64,000 nucleotides of DNA. Source: Chloroflexota bacterium. Its GTDB lineage: Bacteria; Chloroflexota; Limnocylindria; Limnocylindrales; CSP1-4. This document shows, piece by piece, positions 53,679 through 62,762 of the stretch. The stretch spans positions 9,223 through 73,222 of the forward strand of contig PNAP01000047.1 of assembly GCA_003169735.1 (NCBI GenBank), given 5' to 3'. Position 1 is the first letter of the stretch; each line of letters starts with the position of its first letter. The notes under the pieces are model-generated. The model was not told the DNA's origin and searched no databases. It worked only from the letters and a program-made list of their open reading frames with translations. Made by a program: the position numbers and the translations under genes.

Positions 53679-54437
53679 ATGGAGGATCCGCGCATCGTGG
53701 ACGTCACGGACATGGCGGCGTTCGGGTCCATCCCACCGTGCGCGGATGCACGATTCGACCACCGGACGTGCGACTACTGGGAGGATCACGAGCGCGGCTC
53801 GAAGGATGCCCGCGTCTCCTGGCTCGCAGCGATCCCGGCCCCGTCGGGGACGCGCGGTCCGCGGCCCGGCCTGGCCGACAATCCGTTCGCGCCGCCTCCC
53901 AAGCGACAGGTCGACCCGCTCGCGTTCCTGAGTGGCGACGAGGACGCGAACCCGTTCGCCGCGCCGGACTTCAACCCGTTCGTGCCTCGAACGACACGCG
54001 AGCGGCCACTCCGCGCGGGCGTGCCGCGCAAGTTGGCGCTGCTCGATCGAGGCCGCGGCATCTTCGGCAGCTACGCCAAGGTGCTCTCCGTCGATGGTGT
54101 CGCCGTGGCCTACGCACAGTTCGGGCCGTTGTCCGCCTATCCGCGCGCCGTCCGGTTGCGCGACCTGTACCCGCAGCTCCCCGACGCGCCGCTGCCGGCC
54201 GTCATCACGTGCGTCGCGACGACGGTCGAGGCGCGCCGCCAGGGGTACGGCCATCGGCTCGTGACGGCGGTCTGCACCGATCTCGGGGAACGCGGCTTCT
54301 CGGCGGTCGAGGCGTACCCGGATCTGACCCGCGACGAGGACGAGAGCAGCGCCGGGCGGCCCATCTTCTGGCACGCCTGCGGGTTCGTCACCGCGGTCGA
54401 CGACGAGCGATTCCCGGTGATGCGCCGCGAACTCTGA
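53679..54437 (+). CDS. GNAT family N-acetyltransferase-like protein
   Basis: C-terminal acetyl-CoA-binding-like block VATTVEARRQGYGHRLVTAVCTDLGERGFSAVEAYP. ATG at 53679 (MEDPRIV) is preferred over the track start at 53562. Confidence 0.6.
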   Translation: MEDPRIVDVTDMAAFGSIPPCADARFDHRTCDYWEDHERGSKDARVSWLAAIPAPSGTRGPRPGLADNPFAPPPKRQVDPLAFLSGDEDANPFAAPDFNPFVPRTTRERPLRAGVPRKLALLDRGRGIFGSYAKVLSVDGVAVAYAQFGPLSAYPRAVRLRDLYPQLPDAPLPAVITCVATTVEARRQGYGHRLVTAVCTDLGERGFSAVEAYPDLTRDEDESSAGRPIFWHACGFVTAVDDERFPVMRREL

Positions 54438-54527
54438 TGGAATGATCGAACGGCGCTTGCGCCCGGGGCCGATGATGGTGCACCTTCATAGCTGAACGCA
54501 GACCGCGGGCCGGAAAGGGACGGACGA

Positions 54528-55376
54528 ATGGACATCCAACTGGGGAACCAGCGACTCCTGGTGCTCTCGGAGCGCCTGTCGTTCGAGGACATCCGGCAGC
54601 GCGCCATGGACCGACGCGCGCAGGCCATCGCCAGCGGCATCGGCGGGCTGCTCCAGCGGCCCAAGACGGACGACATCACGCACATCGCCACGCAGCGGCG
54701 ACTCGAGCCGTTCTGGCACGTCGCGTGCCATTCACTGTACGTCTACGAGCGGACGAGGCCCTACGCGGTCCAGGCGAGTGCCCTCGAGGTGCAGGCGGTC
54801 ACCGTGCTCGGCCAGACGTTCAACGTCGTCGCCCAGGGCGGTCCGGCGCGCACGTTCACGCTGCCCGTCCTTGAGTTGTGCCGCGAAGAATCGACCCGCG
54901 AGACATTCAGCGATGGCGTGACCGGCGCACCGGTCCCCGACGGTGCTGTGATGATCTCCGGGCCGAGCACGGAAGTTGCCGATCCCACGACGCTCTCCGC
55001 AGATGGCACGGTGGCTGTCCCGCCGGAGCACCACGCATCGTTCGTGGTCCGCAAGCTGCTCTCCGAGATGCTCAAGCCGGTGCAGGCCGACTCGGTCCAG
55101 GAGGAGTCGCTCGTCCTGGAGAAGACGGACCTCTACTACCGGCCCGTCTACGCCTTCGAGTTCCACTGGGTGCCGAAGGACAAGCGCGGGGTCCTCGAGA
55201 TCGACGGCATCACCGGCCAGATGCGCCAGGCCCAGAACCTGACCACGAGCCTGAAGGGCATGGTCTCCCGCGAGACGCTCTTCGACCTCGGCGTCGACAC
55301 GGCCGGCCTGCTCATCCCCGGCGGCAACATCGCCATCAAGGTCGCCCGCGCCGCGATAGACCAGCAGCGAACCTAG
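54528..55376 (+). CDS. hypothetical protein, no recognisable domain
   Basis: 282-aa ORF with typical high GC3. GGGACGGA-type purine run lies before the ATG. Sits between the GNAT gene and hutU. Confidence 0.5.
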   Translation: MDIQLGNQRLLVLSERLSFEDIRQRAMDRRAQAIASGIGGLLQRPKTDDITHIATQRRLEPFWHVACHSLYVYERTRPYAVQASALEVQAVTVLGQTFNVVAQGGPARTFTLPVLELCREESTRETFSDGVTGAPVPDGAVMISGPSTEVADPTTLSADGTVAVPPEHHASFVVRKLLSEMLKPVQADSVQEESLVLEKTDLYYRPVYAFEFHWVPKDKRGVLEIDGITGQMRQAQNLTTSLKGMVSRETLFDLGVDTAGLLIPGGNIAIKVARAAIDQQRT

Positions 55377-55404
55377 GCGGTCACGACACCGTTACGATCG
55401 GTCG

Positions 55405-57075
55405 GTGACTGAGCACGCCGGCCCGCGAACCGTCCATGCCCCCCACGGCGCAGAGCTGACCTGCAAAGGATGGGGCCAGGAAGCGGCGCTGCGGATGCTC
55501 ATGAACAACCTCGACCCGGAGGTCGCCGAGGACCCCGACCATCTCGTGGTCTACGGCGGTACGGGGCGCGCGGCGCGCTCATGGGACGCGTTCGACGCGA
55601 TCGTGCGGGAGCTCCGGCGCCTCGAGGACGACGAGACGCTGCTGGTCCAATCGGGCAAACCGGTCGGCGTATTCCGGACCCATGCCTGGGCGCCGCGCGT
55701 GCTCATCGCCAACTCGAACCTGGTCGGCAAATGGGCGACCTGGGAGGTGTTCCGCGAACTCGAGCGCCAGGGCCTGACCATGTACGGGCAGATGACGGCC
55801 GGTTCCTGGATCTACATCGGTACCCAGGGCATCCTCCAGGGCACGTACGAGACGTTCGCCGAGCTTGCGCGCCAGCACTTCGGTGGGACACTGCGCGGCC
55901 GCGTGACGTTGACGGCCGGGCTCGGCGGGATGGGTGGCGCGCAGCCGCTGGCGGTGACCATGAACGAGGGCGTGGCCGTGGTCATCGAGGTCGACCCTGA
56001 ACGCGCGCAGCGACGCCTCGACATCGGCTATGTCGACCGACTGACGGAAGCGCCCGACGAAGCACTGGCGTGGGCTCGGGCGGCAGCTGCGGCAGGTCGG
56101 GCGGAATCGATCGCGCTCATCGGCAATGCCGCCGAGATCGAGCCAGCGTGGGCGAAGGCGGGCGAGCGATTCGATGTCGTGACCGACCAGACCTCGGCAC
56201 ACGACGCCCTGGGCGGCTATGTCCCGGCCGAGATCAGCCTCGGCGACGCGGTCACCCTGCGCGGGGCCCAGCCCGACTTGTACATCCGGCGGTCGATGAC
56301 CTCGATGGCCGACCATGTCCGGGCGATGCTGGCGTTCCAGCGGGCCGGCGCGGTCGTCTTCGACTATGGAAACAACCTCCGCGCCCAGGCGCAGGAGGCT
56401 GGTGTGACCGATGCGTTCGACTATCCGGGCTTCGTCCCGGCGTTCGTCCGTCCGCTGTTCTGCGAGGGCCGCGGGCCGTTCCGCTGGGTCGCCCTATCCG
56501 GTGATCCGGCGGACATCCGGCGGACGGACCAGGCCGTCCTCGAGTTGTTTCCGGAAGATGCGGGCCTTGCGCGCTGGATCGCGATGGCGCGGGACAAGGT
56601 CCCCTTCCAGGGGTTGCCCGCGCGCATCTGCTGGCTCGGATACGGCGAGCGGGCGCGTGCCGGCCTCGCGTTCAACGAGCTGGTGCGGCGCGGCGAGGTC
56701 AGCGCGCCGATCGTCATCGGGCGGGACCACCTCGATGCGGGATCCGTGGCCTCACCCAACCGCGAGACGGAAGCGATGCGCGACGGCTCCGACGCGATCG
56801 CCGACTGGCCGCTCCTCAACGCATTGCTCAACACGGCCAGCGGCGCGACCTGGGTGAGCATCCATCACGGCGGCGGGGTCGGCATCGGCTACTCGCAGCA
56901 TGCGGGCATGGTCATCGTCGCCGACGGCACGGATCTCGCAGCGGAGAAACTGGAGCGCGTCCTGACCGCGGATCCGGGCACCGGCGTGATGCGTCATGCC
57001 GACGCCGGCTACGAACGCGCCATCCAGGTTGCTCGCGATCGCGGTATCCGCATCCCGATGCTCGACCGGGATTAG
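55405..57075 (+). CDS. hutU: urocanate hydratase
   Basis: Full-length match by eye, with hallmark segments [44 protein letters not shown] and [12 protein letters not shown]. Confidence 0.95.
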   Translation: MTEHAGPRTVHAPHGAELTCKGWGQEAALRMLMNNLDPEVAEDPDHLVVYGGTGRAARSWDAFDAIVRELRRLEDDETLLVQSGKPVGVFRTHAWAPRVLIANSNLVGKWATWEVFRELERQGLTMYGQMTAGSWIYIGTQGILQGTYETFAELARQHFGGTLRGRVTLTAGLGGMGGAQPLAVTMNEGVAVVIEVDPERAQRRLDIGYVDRLTEAPDEALAWARAAAAAGRAESIALIGNAAEIEPAWAKAGERFDVVTDQTSAHDALGGYVPAEISLGDAVTLRGAQPDLYIRRSMTSMADHVRAMLAFQRAGAVVFDYGNNLRAQAQEAGVTDAFDYPGFVPAFVRPLFCEGRGPFRWVALSGDPADIRRTDQAVLELFPEDAGLARWIAMARDKVPFQGLPARICWLGYGERARAGLAFNELVRRGEVSAPIVIGRDHLDAGSVASPNRETEAMRDGSDAIADWPLLNALLNTASGATWVSIHHGGGVGIGYSQHAGMVIVADGTDLAAEKLERVLTADPGTGVMRHADAGYERAIQVARDRGIRIPMLDRD

Positions 57076-57090
57076 GTCTTCGCGCGCTGG

Positions 57091-58494
57091 CTAGCCGCCA
57101 CCCTTGTCGTGCGGCTCGCGAGACGAGGCGACATTGGTACGTGGCGTTTCGTCGATCGCTTCGCTGGTGATCTCGGCGGGTGTCGCGAGATCCGGGGGAC
57201 CGTCATCGACCGGTTCGGGCATCTTCATCAGCGAGCGAAGCGGCGAGAAGAGGAGCGGCACGAAGCTGAAGATGCCGCCGATCGCGCCGACCCAGATCGT
57301 CGCATGCAGGCCGATGACGCCGCCGAGGAAGCCGCCCAGGAGCGTCCCGACGGGGATCGTCCCCCAGACGATGAACCGCATCGTGGCGTTCATCCGCCCC
57401 TGCATACCGGTCATTGTGATCGCCTGCCGGAAGCTCACCTGATTGATGTTGTAAACGACCCCCGCGAAACCGCCCAGGAAGACCGATGCGGTCGCGAAGG
57501 GGATGGTCAGCTCGGTCGGTGCGATGGCGACCAGGATCACGCTCGGGCCGAACAGGATGGCCGAGCCGATGATGGTCGGCCCGACGCCGAATCGTTGTCC
57601 GATGCGGTTCCCCGTCAGCGCGCCGATAAGGAACCCGATCGATGCCAGCGAGAAGGCCAGCCCGATCTGTTCGATGGGGATCCCGCGCTCGTTCAAGAGG
57701 TAGAGCAGCAGGATCGAGAAGGCGATCTGGTTGAACAGGTTCGAGATGCCGGTGCAGGCGGCGATGCTGCGCAGATAGCGATGGTTGAGCACGTAGCCGA
57801 GGCCCGCGGCGATCTCCGCGCGCATCCCGGGGCCCTTGCTGCCGTCGGCGTTGACCACGACCGCCGGTGTCGGCTCCTTCTGGCGGATGAGGAGGACGAA
57901 CGCGGCCGAAGCGAAGAAGCTCAACGAATCGAAGATGATGGCGAACGGCGCGGTGACGATGCCGATGACGAAACCCGCGATGCCGGGACCCGTCACCTGC
58001 GCCCCGGAGCGACTGATCTCGAGTTTCGAGTTTCCCTCCAGGATGTCCTCGCGGTCGACCAGCGATGGCAGATACGACTGGTACGAAACGTCGAAGAAGA
58101 CGGTCAGGCAGCCGTTGACGAAACCGACCACGTACAGCTGCCAGATGGTCAACCCATCGAGCGCCACGGCCAGCGGGATGGACAGCAGCATGATGCCGCG
58201 GCCGATGTCGCCGATGATCATGATCGGCCGACGCCGCAGCCGATCGATCCATACGCCGGCGGGCAGGCTGAGCACGATGAACGGCAGGAACTGGACCGTG
58301 CCGAGCAGGCCGAATTCGAACGGCGTTACCTTGAGCGTGAGGGCCGCGATGGCCGGCAGAGCGAGATTGGTGATCTGCGTGCCGAACTGGCTGATGGTCT
58401 CGCCGGTCCACAACTTCATGAAGTCGCGGTGGTGGATGAGAGCCGGCCGACGGGCCTTTGCCGAGGCGTCGGCGGCGATGGCGGGCGTCGTCAA
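57091..58494 (-). CDS. MFS transporter (EntS/MFS_3-like)
   Basis: 12 TM segments. N-terminal FMKLWTGETISQFGTQITNLALP is typical of this MFS subfamily. Confidence 0.8.
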   Translation of the reverse strand: MTTPAIAADASAKARRPALIHHRDFMKLWTGETISQFGTQITNLALPAIAALTLKVTPFEFGLLGTVQFLPFIVLSLPAGVWIDRLRRRPIMIIGDIGRGIMLLSIPLAVALDGLTIWQLYVVGFVNGCLTVFFDVSYQSYLPSLVDREDILEGNSKLEISRSGAQVTGPGIAGFVIGIVTAPFAIIFDSLSFFASAAFVLLIRQKEPTPAVVVNADGSKGPGMRAEIAAGLGYVLNHRYLRSIAACTGISNLFNQIAFSILLLYLLNERGIPIEQIGLAFSLASIGFLIGALTGNRIGQRFGVGPTIIGSAILFGPSVILVAIAPTELTIPFATASVFLGGFAGVVYNINQVSFRQAITMTGMQGRMNATMRFIVWGTIPVGTLLGGFLGGVIGLHATIWVGAIGGIFSFVPLLFSPLRSLMKMPEPVDDGPPDLATPAEITSEAIDETPRTNVASSREPHDKGGG

Positions 58495-58553
58495 TGGGCG
58501 CTCCTCGCGGGCTTGGGCTAATAGCCGTTAGCCGTCGATCTGATCGGTGTGGA

Positions 58554-58967
58554 TCACTCGGTCGAGATGATCACGCCGTCGCCGTCCTCGTCGCGGACAT
58601 CGAGGATCGGTCCGACTTCGCCCGAGCGGATGGCTTCGCGGATGCGGTCGGCCTGCGAACGCGAGAGCCCGGGCAGGACACTGCCGGCTAGGCTGGCCCA
58701 CGACATCGGGATGCGCAGGTTGACCACGGCGCGCCCGTTCTCCATGACCTGCAGCCGTACGGTGCGCTGCGCACCGGATGTCACGACCGGGCCGCTGACG
58801 GCCGGAGGAGTCGACGGTGGAGCGGGTGGTCGAGATGATGGCGGAGGCGTGGTATCGCCCGCCTGCGAGGCCTGACCCGTCACGCTTGCCACGAGTGGCT
58901 CCGCTTCCTCCGGGGTCAGCTCGCCGGTTGCCACGCGACGCAGGATGCTGTCGAGATCCTCAGCCAT
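58554..58967 (-). CDS. small protein with SHOCT-like N-terminal motif and Pro-rich linker
   Basis: ATG at 58967 (MAEDLDSILRRVATGELTPEEAEPLV). The start overlaps the DUF4097 gene stop by 8 nt. Confidence 0.55.
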   Translation of the reverse strand: MAEDLDSILRRVATGELTPEEAEPLVASVTGQASQAGDTTPPPSSRPPAPPSTPPAVSGPVVTSGAQRTVRLQVMENGRAVVNLRIPMSWASLAGSVLPGLSRSQADRIREAIRSGEVGPILDVRDEDGDGVIISTE

Positions 58968-60072
58968 TGCGATGAACTCCTTCCAGTTGGCGCGCGGCTT
59001 CATCGACGTCGATCTCGCCGCGCTCGAGGGCGCGCAGGATGTCCAGTTCGTTCGGCGGGTTCGTCGGCCGACGGGCGGCCGTGGCGGTGTCGGGCTGCTT
59101 TTCGCCACCGATCTCGAAATGCCACCCCCGGCCTCGCCCCGGCGGTTCGGGCCTGTCGGGCAGGCTCGGCAGCCTTGGCAGTTTCGGCAGGCTCGGTCGT
59201 GGCGGACGCTCGGGGCGTGGCGGGCGACCTGGGCGCTCGGCCGCTCGGCCCTTATGGCGGAGAGAGCCGACGATGGCCGCGTCGCCGGACATGGTGCGGA
59301 ACCCGAGGTCGGCGGCGCCGTTCCCGACGATGGCGACCCGGCGCCCGCCGTGGGACTCGAGCCGATGTGGAAGCTCCGAGCGGATCCGGCCGGACAGGGT
59401 CGACATGCGCACCGTCACGCCGTTGCTCGGGGCGAGTTCCAGATCGCCACTCACCGACTCGACGCTGTGGCCCGGTCCCTCGGCGACCTCGCCACCCAGT
59501 CGGACATCGCCACTCACGGCGCGGATGTGCAGCCGCTCGAATCTCGTCGCGACAGCGCTCAGGTCGCCCGATGTGGTCGTCGCGTCCAAGCTCAACGACC
59601 CGGCCTGGATGAGCGTGTCTCCAGACACCGACTGGAGCGAGACCAGGCCGGACACGTCGTCCATCAGCACATCGCCCGAAACGGTCCTGATGTCCATGTC
59701 GCCGCGCAACCCGCTGACGTCCAGATCGGCGCTGACGCCCGACAGGCGCAGCGTGGCGCCGCGCGGAAGGTTGACATCGAAGTCGACCGAGGGCTTGCTG
59801 CCGCCGATCAGTCGGCCGAGCGCGGAGAGGACGCCGGTGGCCGTCTCGTTGACCTCGACGTGCAGCTCTGACGGCAGCCGACGAACGGTCAATGCGCCCT
59901 CGACGTTTGGGTCCGTCCCGTCCGGTGCGTTGGTGGCGTAGCGGGCCTCGACGCGGGCCTCGTCACCGTCGATGCCACGGACGCGGACGGAGCCACGCAC
60001 GGTCCGCAGGCTCAGCAGCCCCTGTGCGCCGATGGCGTGGGTGATGATCGCTTCTCGTTCGCTGGTGCTCAT
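58960..60072 (-). CDS. DUF4097 (LiaG-like) beta-repeat protein with C-terminal SHOCT-like motif
   Basis: Repeated V(S/R)G(D)(V/L) strands (VRVRGIDGDEARV, VSGDVLMDDVSGLVSLQSVSGDTLI, VSGDVRLGG, VSGDLEL). Tail is LDILRALERGEIDVDEAARQLEGV. Confidence 0.7.
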   Translation of the reverse strand: MSTSEREAIITHAIGAQGLLSLRTVRGSVRVRGIDGDEARVEARYATNAPDGTDPNVEGALTVRRLPSELHVEVNETATGVLSALGRLIGGSKPSVDFDVNLPRGATLRLSGVSADLDVSGLRGDMDIRTVSGDVLMDDVSGLVSLQSVSGDTLIQAGSLSLDATTTSGDLSAVATRFERLHIRAVSGDVRLGGEVAEGPGHSVESVSGDLELAPSNGVTVRMSTLSGRIRSELPHRLESHGGRRVAIVGNGAADLGFRTMSGDAAIVGSLRHKGRAAERPGRPPRPERPPRPSLPKLPRLPSLPDRPEPPGRGRGWHFEIGGEKQPDTATAARRPTNPPNELDILRALERGEIDVDEAARQLEGVHRNG

Positions 60073-60521
60073 GGCGCCGCCTCCCCATCCGAGGTGGCAG
60101 CACTCAGCGCGCGCAGGACGGCGGCCGCATCCTCGGCGCCGATCTCGCGGCGAGCGAGTCGCTCGAGGACCTTGCGGCGTTCGTCACCGAGCGCTTCGCT
60201 GGTCGCTGGTGACTGGACGTCTGGGTCGGCCGTTTCCGCCGGAGCGTCGTGCTCCGTCGCCAGGCCAAGGGCACGGACGAGTGCCTCGACCCGGCCGCGA
60301 ACGGTCGGGTAGGAGATGCCGAGTTCCCGCTCCATTTCGCGCAGGTTGCCGCGCGACCGAAGGAAGCTCTCGAGGAGGGCGAGCTGCTCGCGGCCGAGTC
60401 TCGCGAAACGGCCGACGGCGAACTCGCCCTCCAGGGTGGTGCCGCATTCGCGGCAGTGCAGCCTCGTCACGCTGAGCTCGTGCTCGCAGACGGGGCAGGT
60501 CGAGATCACGTCGTGTGCCAT
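60069..60521 (-). CDS. DUF2089 protein (zinc ribbon + HTH)
   Basis: CPVCEHELSVTRLHCRECGTTLEG followed by LALLESFLRSRGNLREMERELGISYPTVRGRVEALV. ATG at 60521 is preferred. The stop overlaps the DUF4097 gene start (ATGA). Confidence 0.75.
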   Translation of the reverse strand: MAHDVISTCPVCEHELSVTRLHCRECGTTLEGEFAVGRFARLGREQLALLESFLRSRGNLREMERELGISYPTVRGRVEALVRALGLATEHDAPAETADPDVQSPATSEALGDERRKVLERLARREIGAEDAAAVLRALSAATSDGEAAP

Positions 60522-60535
60522 GGTCGCGTCCCGGG

Positions 60536-60691
60536 TCAGCGGGAACGCGTCTGGCGGGAGCGGTTGTCCGTCTCTCGCTCGACCCAACGGCTCGACCGCG
60601 GACCGCGGTGAGCCATCAGCTCTCGGCGGGACTCGAGGTCGCGCTTGTTCAGATCGACGTCATATGGGAGGGCTCGATGGAAGTCGAACAT
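60536..60691 (-). CDS. possible 51-aa basic leader ORF (not in ORF track)
   Basis: Hand translation gives MFDFHRALPYDVDLNKRDLESRRELMAHRGPRSSRWVERETDNRSRQTRSR*. A purine-rich GAAAGGAAA lies 7 nt upstream. The ORF ends 14 nt before the DUF2089 ATG. Confidence 0.3.
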   Translation of the reverse strand: MFDFHRALPYDVDLNKRDLESRRELMAHRGPRSSRWVERETDNRSRQTRSR

Positions 60692-60749
60692 CGGTAGGTT
60701 TCCTTTCGTGGCCTCCGGACTTGTTGCTTGTTTCAGAGGCTCTGGGTGG

Positions 60750-60779
60750 ATAGTAGTAGTCCCGCTTACACTTTGTCAA
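60750..60779 (-). promoter_or_regulatory. putative strong promoter of the DUF2089-DUF4097 operon
   Basis: Minus strand reads TTGACA (60779-60774), an 18-nt spacer and TACTAT (60755-60750). It lies in a ~45-47% GC island. Confidence 0.45.
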
Positions 60780-60973
60780 GTCTAATGGTAATAATATGAA
60801 GTCCAGCCTTCACAAACGTGGACAGTTGCGTGGCGTTCGTCTCGACCCGGTGCCAGTCGGCCGGGTCGGAGGGGAAGTTGGGTGAGCAGCGTTTCGGTCG
60901 TGACCGCCGACCGCGCCGTGACCGCCGACCGCTCCGGAACCGCCGACCACGCCGCCAACGACCCCGCGTCGGC

Positions 60974-61723
60974 TCAGAGCGAAGGGCGACCCACCCCGGG
61001 CGGAACCTGATGGAAGAGCGTCGGATCGGCGGCACCGGGGATGACGCGGATCAGTGAAGCGGGCCGCAGGCCCATCGTGGAGCGGCCGCGCGGCCCCTCC
61101 AGGGTTATCGAATCGCGGCCGGCCGAGACATCGACGATCCGGGCAAGCGCCCCCGGCACGAGACCGGCCTGTTCGAGGTAGACGAGCAGTTCGTTGTCCT
61201 CCTCGGCCTCCTCGGTGATGCGGTAGATGGTCACCTCGGTACCGGGTTCGGCCAGGCTGAGCGCGACGCCGGGCGGCCGGCGACGGGCGGTGGCTGCGTC
61301 GATGGGGTTGCCATGCGGGCATGTTTCTGGGTTGCCGAGGAGCGTGGCGATGGCTTCCTCGACGCGCGGCGTGATGGCGCCCTGGAGCTTGGCCGCTTCC
61401 TCGTCCGATTCCGCCCAGCCGAGCCCGATGACGCGCGTCAGCAGCCACTCGAGGAGGGCGTGGCGGCGGAAGATGGTCTCCGCGGCAGCGACCCCATCGG
61501 GGGTCAGCATCAGGCCGCGGTCGGCGGCGACCGAAACCAGGTCATCGTTGGCCAGGCGGCCGATCATCTCCGAGGCGGCCTGCGTGGAGACACCCATCCG
61601 GCGGGCGAGCGCCGAGGTCATGGTCGGCGTGCCGCCCGCCGTCATCCAGCGCAGCGCCAGCAGGTATCCCTGCGCGGCCTCGGAGACATGGTGGGCGGGA
61701 GCCTCGTCGCGGCGTCGGTGCAC
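60974..61723 (-). CDS. DtxR/MntR family metal-dependent transcriptional repressor with C-terminal FeoA/SH3-like domain
   Basis: wHTH TSALARRMGVSTQAASEMIGRLANDDLV, dimerisation/metal region RHALLEWLL...CPHGNPI and a C-terminal EVTIYRITEEAEEDNELLVYLEQAGLVPGA. GTG at 61723 is preferred over the 438-aa track ORF. Confidence 0.8.
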   Translation of the reverse strand: MHRRRDEAPAHHVSEAAQGYLLALRWMTAGGTPTMTSALARRMGVSTQAASEMIGRLANDDLVSVAADRGLMLTPDGVAAAETIFRRHALLEWLLTRVIGLGWAESDEEAAKLQGAITPRVEEAIATLLGNPETCPHGNPIDAATARRRPPGVALSLAEPGTEVTIYRITEEAEEDNELLVYLEQAGLVPGALARIVDVSAGRDSITLEGPRGRSTMGLRPASLIRVIPGAADPTLFHQVPPGVGRPSL

Positions 61724-61783
61724 ACCGGCATGGTAGCGCCGAGCACCGCCGGCTCGACCGCGGCTGGGCCTACACTCCGGGCG

Positions 61784-62761
61784 ATGACGCGCCTCGTGGA
61801 ATGCGTTCCGAACTTCAGCGAGGGCCGCCGAACCGAGGTGGTGGATGCCATCGCGGCGGCCGTCGCTGCGACGCCGCGCGTCCACCTGCTCGATCGGACG
61901 TCGGATCGTGACCACAACCGCAGCGTGCTGACGTTCGCCGGCCCGCCCGAGCCCGTCATGGCCGCGATGGGATCGGCCGTTGCCGTGGCGCTCGAGCGCA
62001 TCGACATGCGCGTCCACGAGGGGCAACACCCGCGCATGGGCGCGATCGACGTCATCCCGTTCGTGCCGCTCGGCGAGACGACGATGGACGAGGCGGTCGC
62101 CATGGCCCGGGTCTTCGGCGCACGCATCGCCGAGCGGTTCGACCTGCCCGTCTACTTCTATGCGCGCGCCGCGCTGCGGACCGACCGCGCCATCCTCGCC
62201 GACGTCAGGCGCCCCCAGTTCGAGGGGCTGCTCACGGCCATCGAGACGGACCCAGGGCGGGTCCCCGATGCCGGCCCGCGTCGCCTGCATCCGAGCGGCG
62301 GCGCGGTCGCGGTCGGGGCACGGCCCTTCCTCATCGCCTACAACATCAACCTCGAATCAGATGACCTGGCGCTGGCCAAGCGGATCGCCTCGGCGGTGCG
62401 CGAGAAGGGCGGCGGGCTGCCGCGCGTCCAGGCGCTCGGCCTGGCGCTGCGGGACCTCGGTTGCGTGCAGGTTTCGATGAATCTGCTCGACCACGCCGTC
62501 ACGCCCCTGTGGCGTGTCTGGGAGGAGGTCGGCGAGCGAGCGGCGGCCGAAGGCGTCGAGGTGCGGGAGTCGGAGCTGATCGGCCTCGCGCCGCTGGCAT
62601 CACTGACCGACGTGGCCGATCACATCGGGGTCGGGGAGGGCGATCCGGTCGAGGAGAGGATCGGCGCGGCGGCGGCGTGGCTGCGCATCCGCGACTTCGA
62701 GCCGACGATGGCCCTGGAGTTGCGCCTGGCCAGCGTCGAGGGTCGGGGCGACGCGGCCTGA
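61784..62761 (+). CDS. ftcD: glutamate formimidoyltransferase (FTCD N-terminal-type, stand-alone)
   Basis: LVECVPNFSEGRR, DRDHNRSVLTFAG and HPRMGAIDVIPFVPL. ATG at 61784. Confidence 0.9.
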   Translation: MTRLVECVPNFSEGRRTEVVDAIAAAVAATPRVHLLDRTSDRDHNRSVLTFAGPPEPVMAAMGSAVAVALERIDMRVHEGQHPRMGAIDVIPFVPLGETTMDEAVAMARVFGARIAERFDLPVYFYARAALRTDRAILADVRRPQFEGLLTAIETDPGRVPDAGPRRLHPSGGAVAVGARPFLIAYNINLESDDLALAKRIASAVREKGGGLPRVQALGLALRDLGCVQVSMNLLDHAVTPLWRVWEEVGERAAAEGVEVRESELIGLAPLASLTDVADHIGVGEGDPVEERIGAAAAWLRIRDFEPTMALELRLASVEGRGDAA

Positions 62762-62762
62762 A

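Noticed and set aside
60810-61448. Track ORFs 60810..61448 (-) and 60818..61057 (+), covering the 18-bp repeats.
   Set aside because: One overlaps the DtxR-family gene out of frame and the other is Arg-rich low complexity. Neither has a ribosome-binding site or a recognisable motif.
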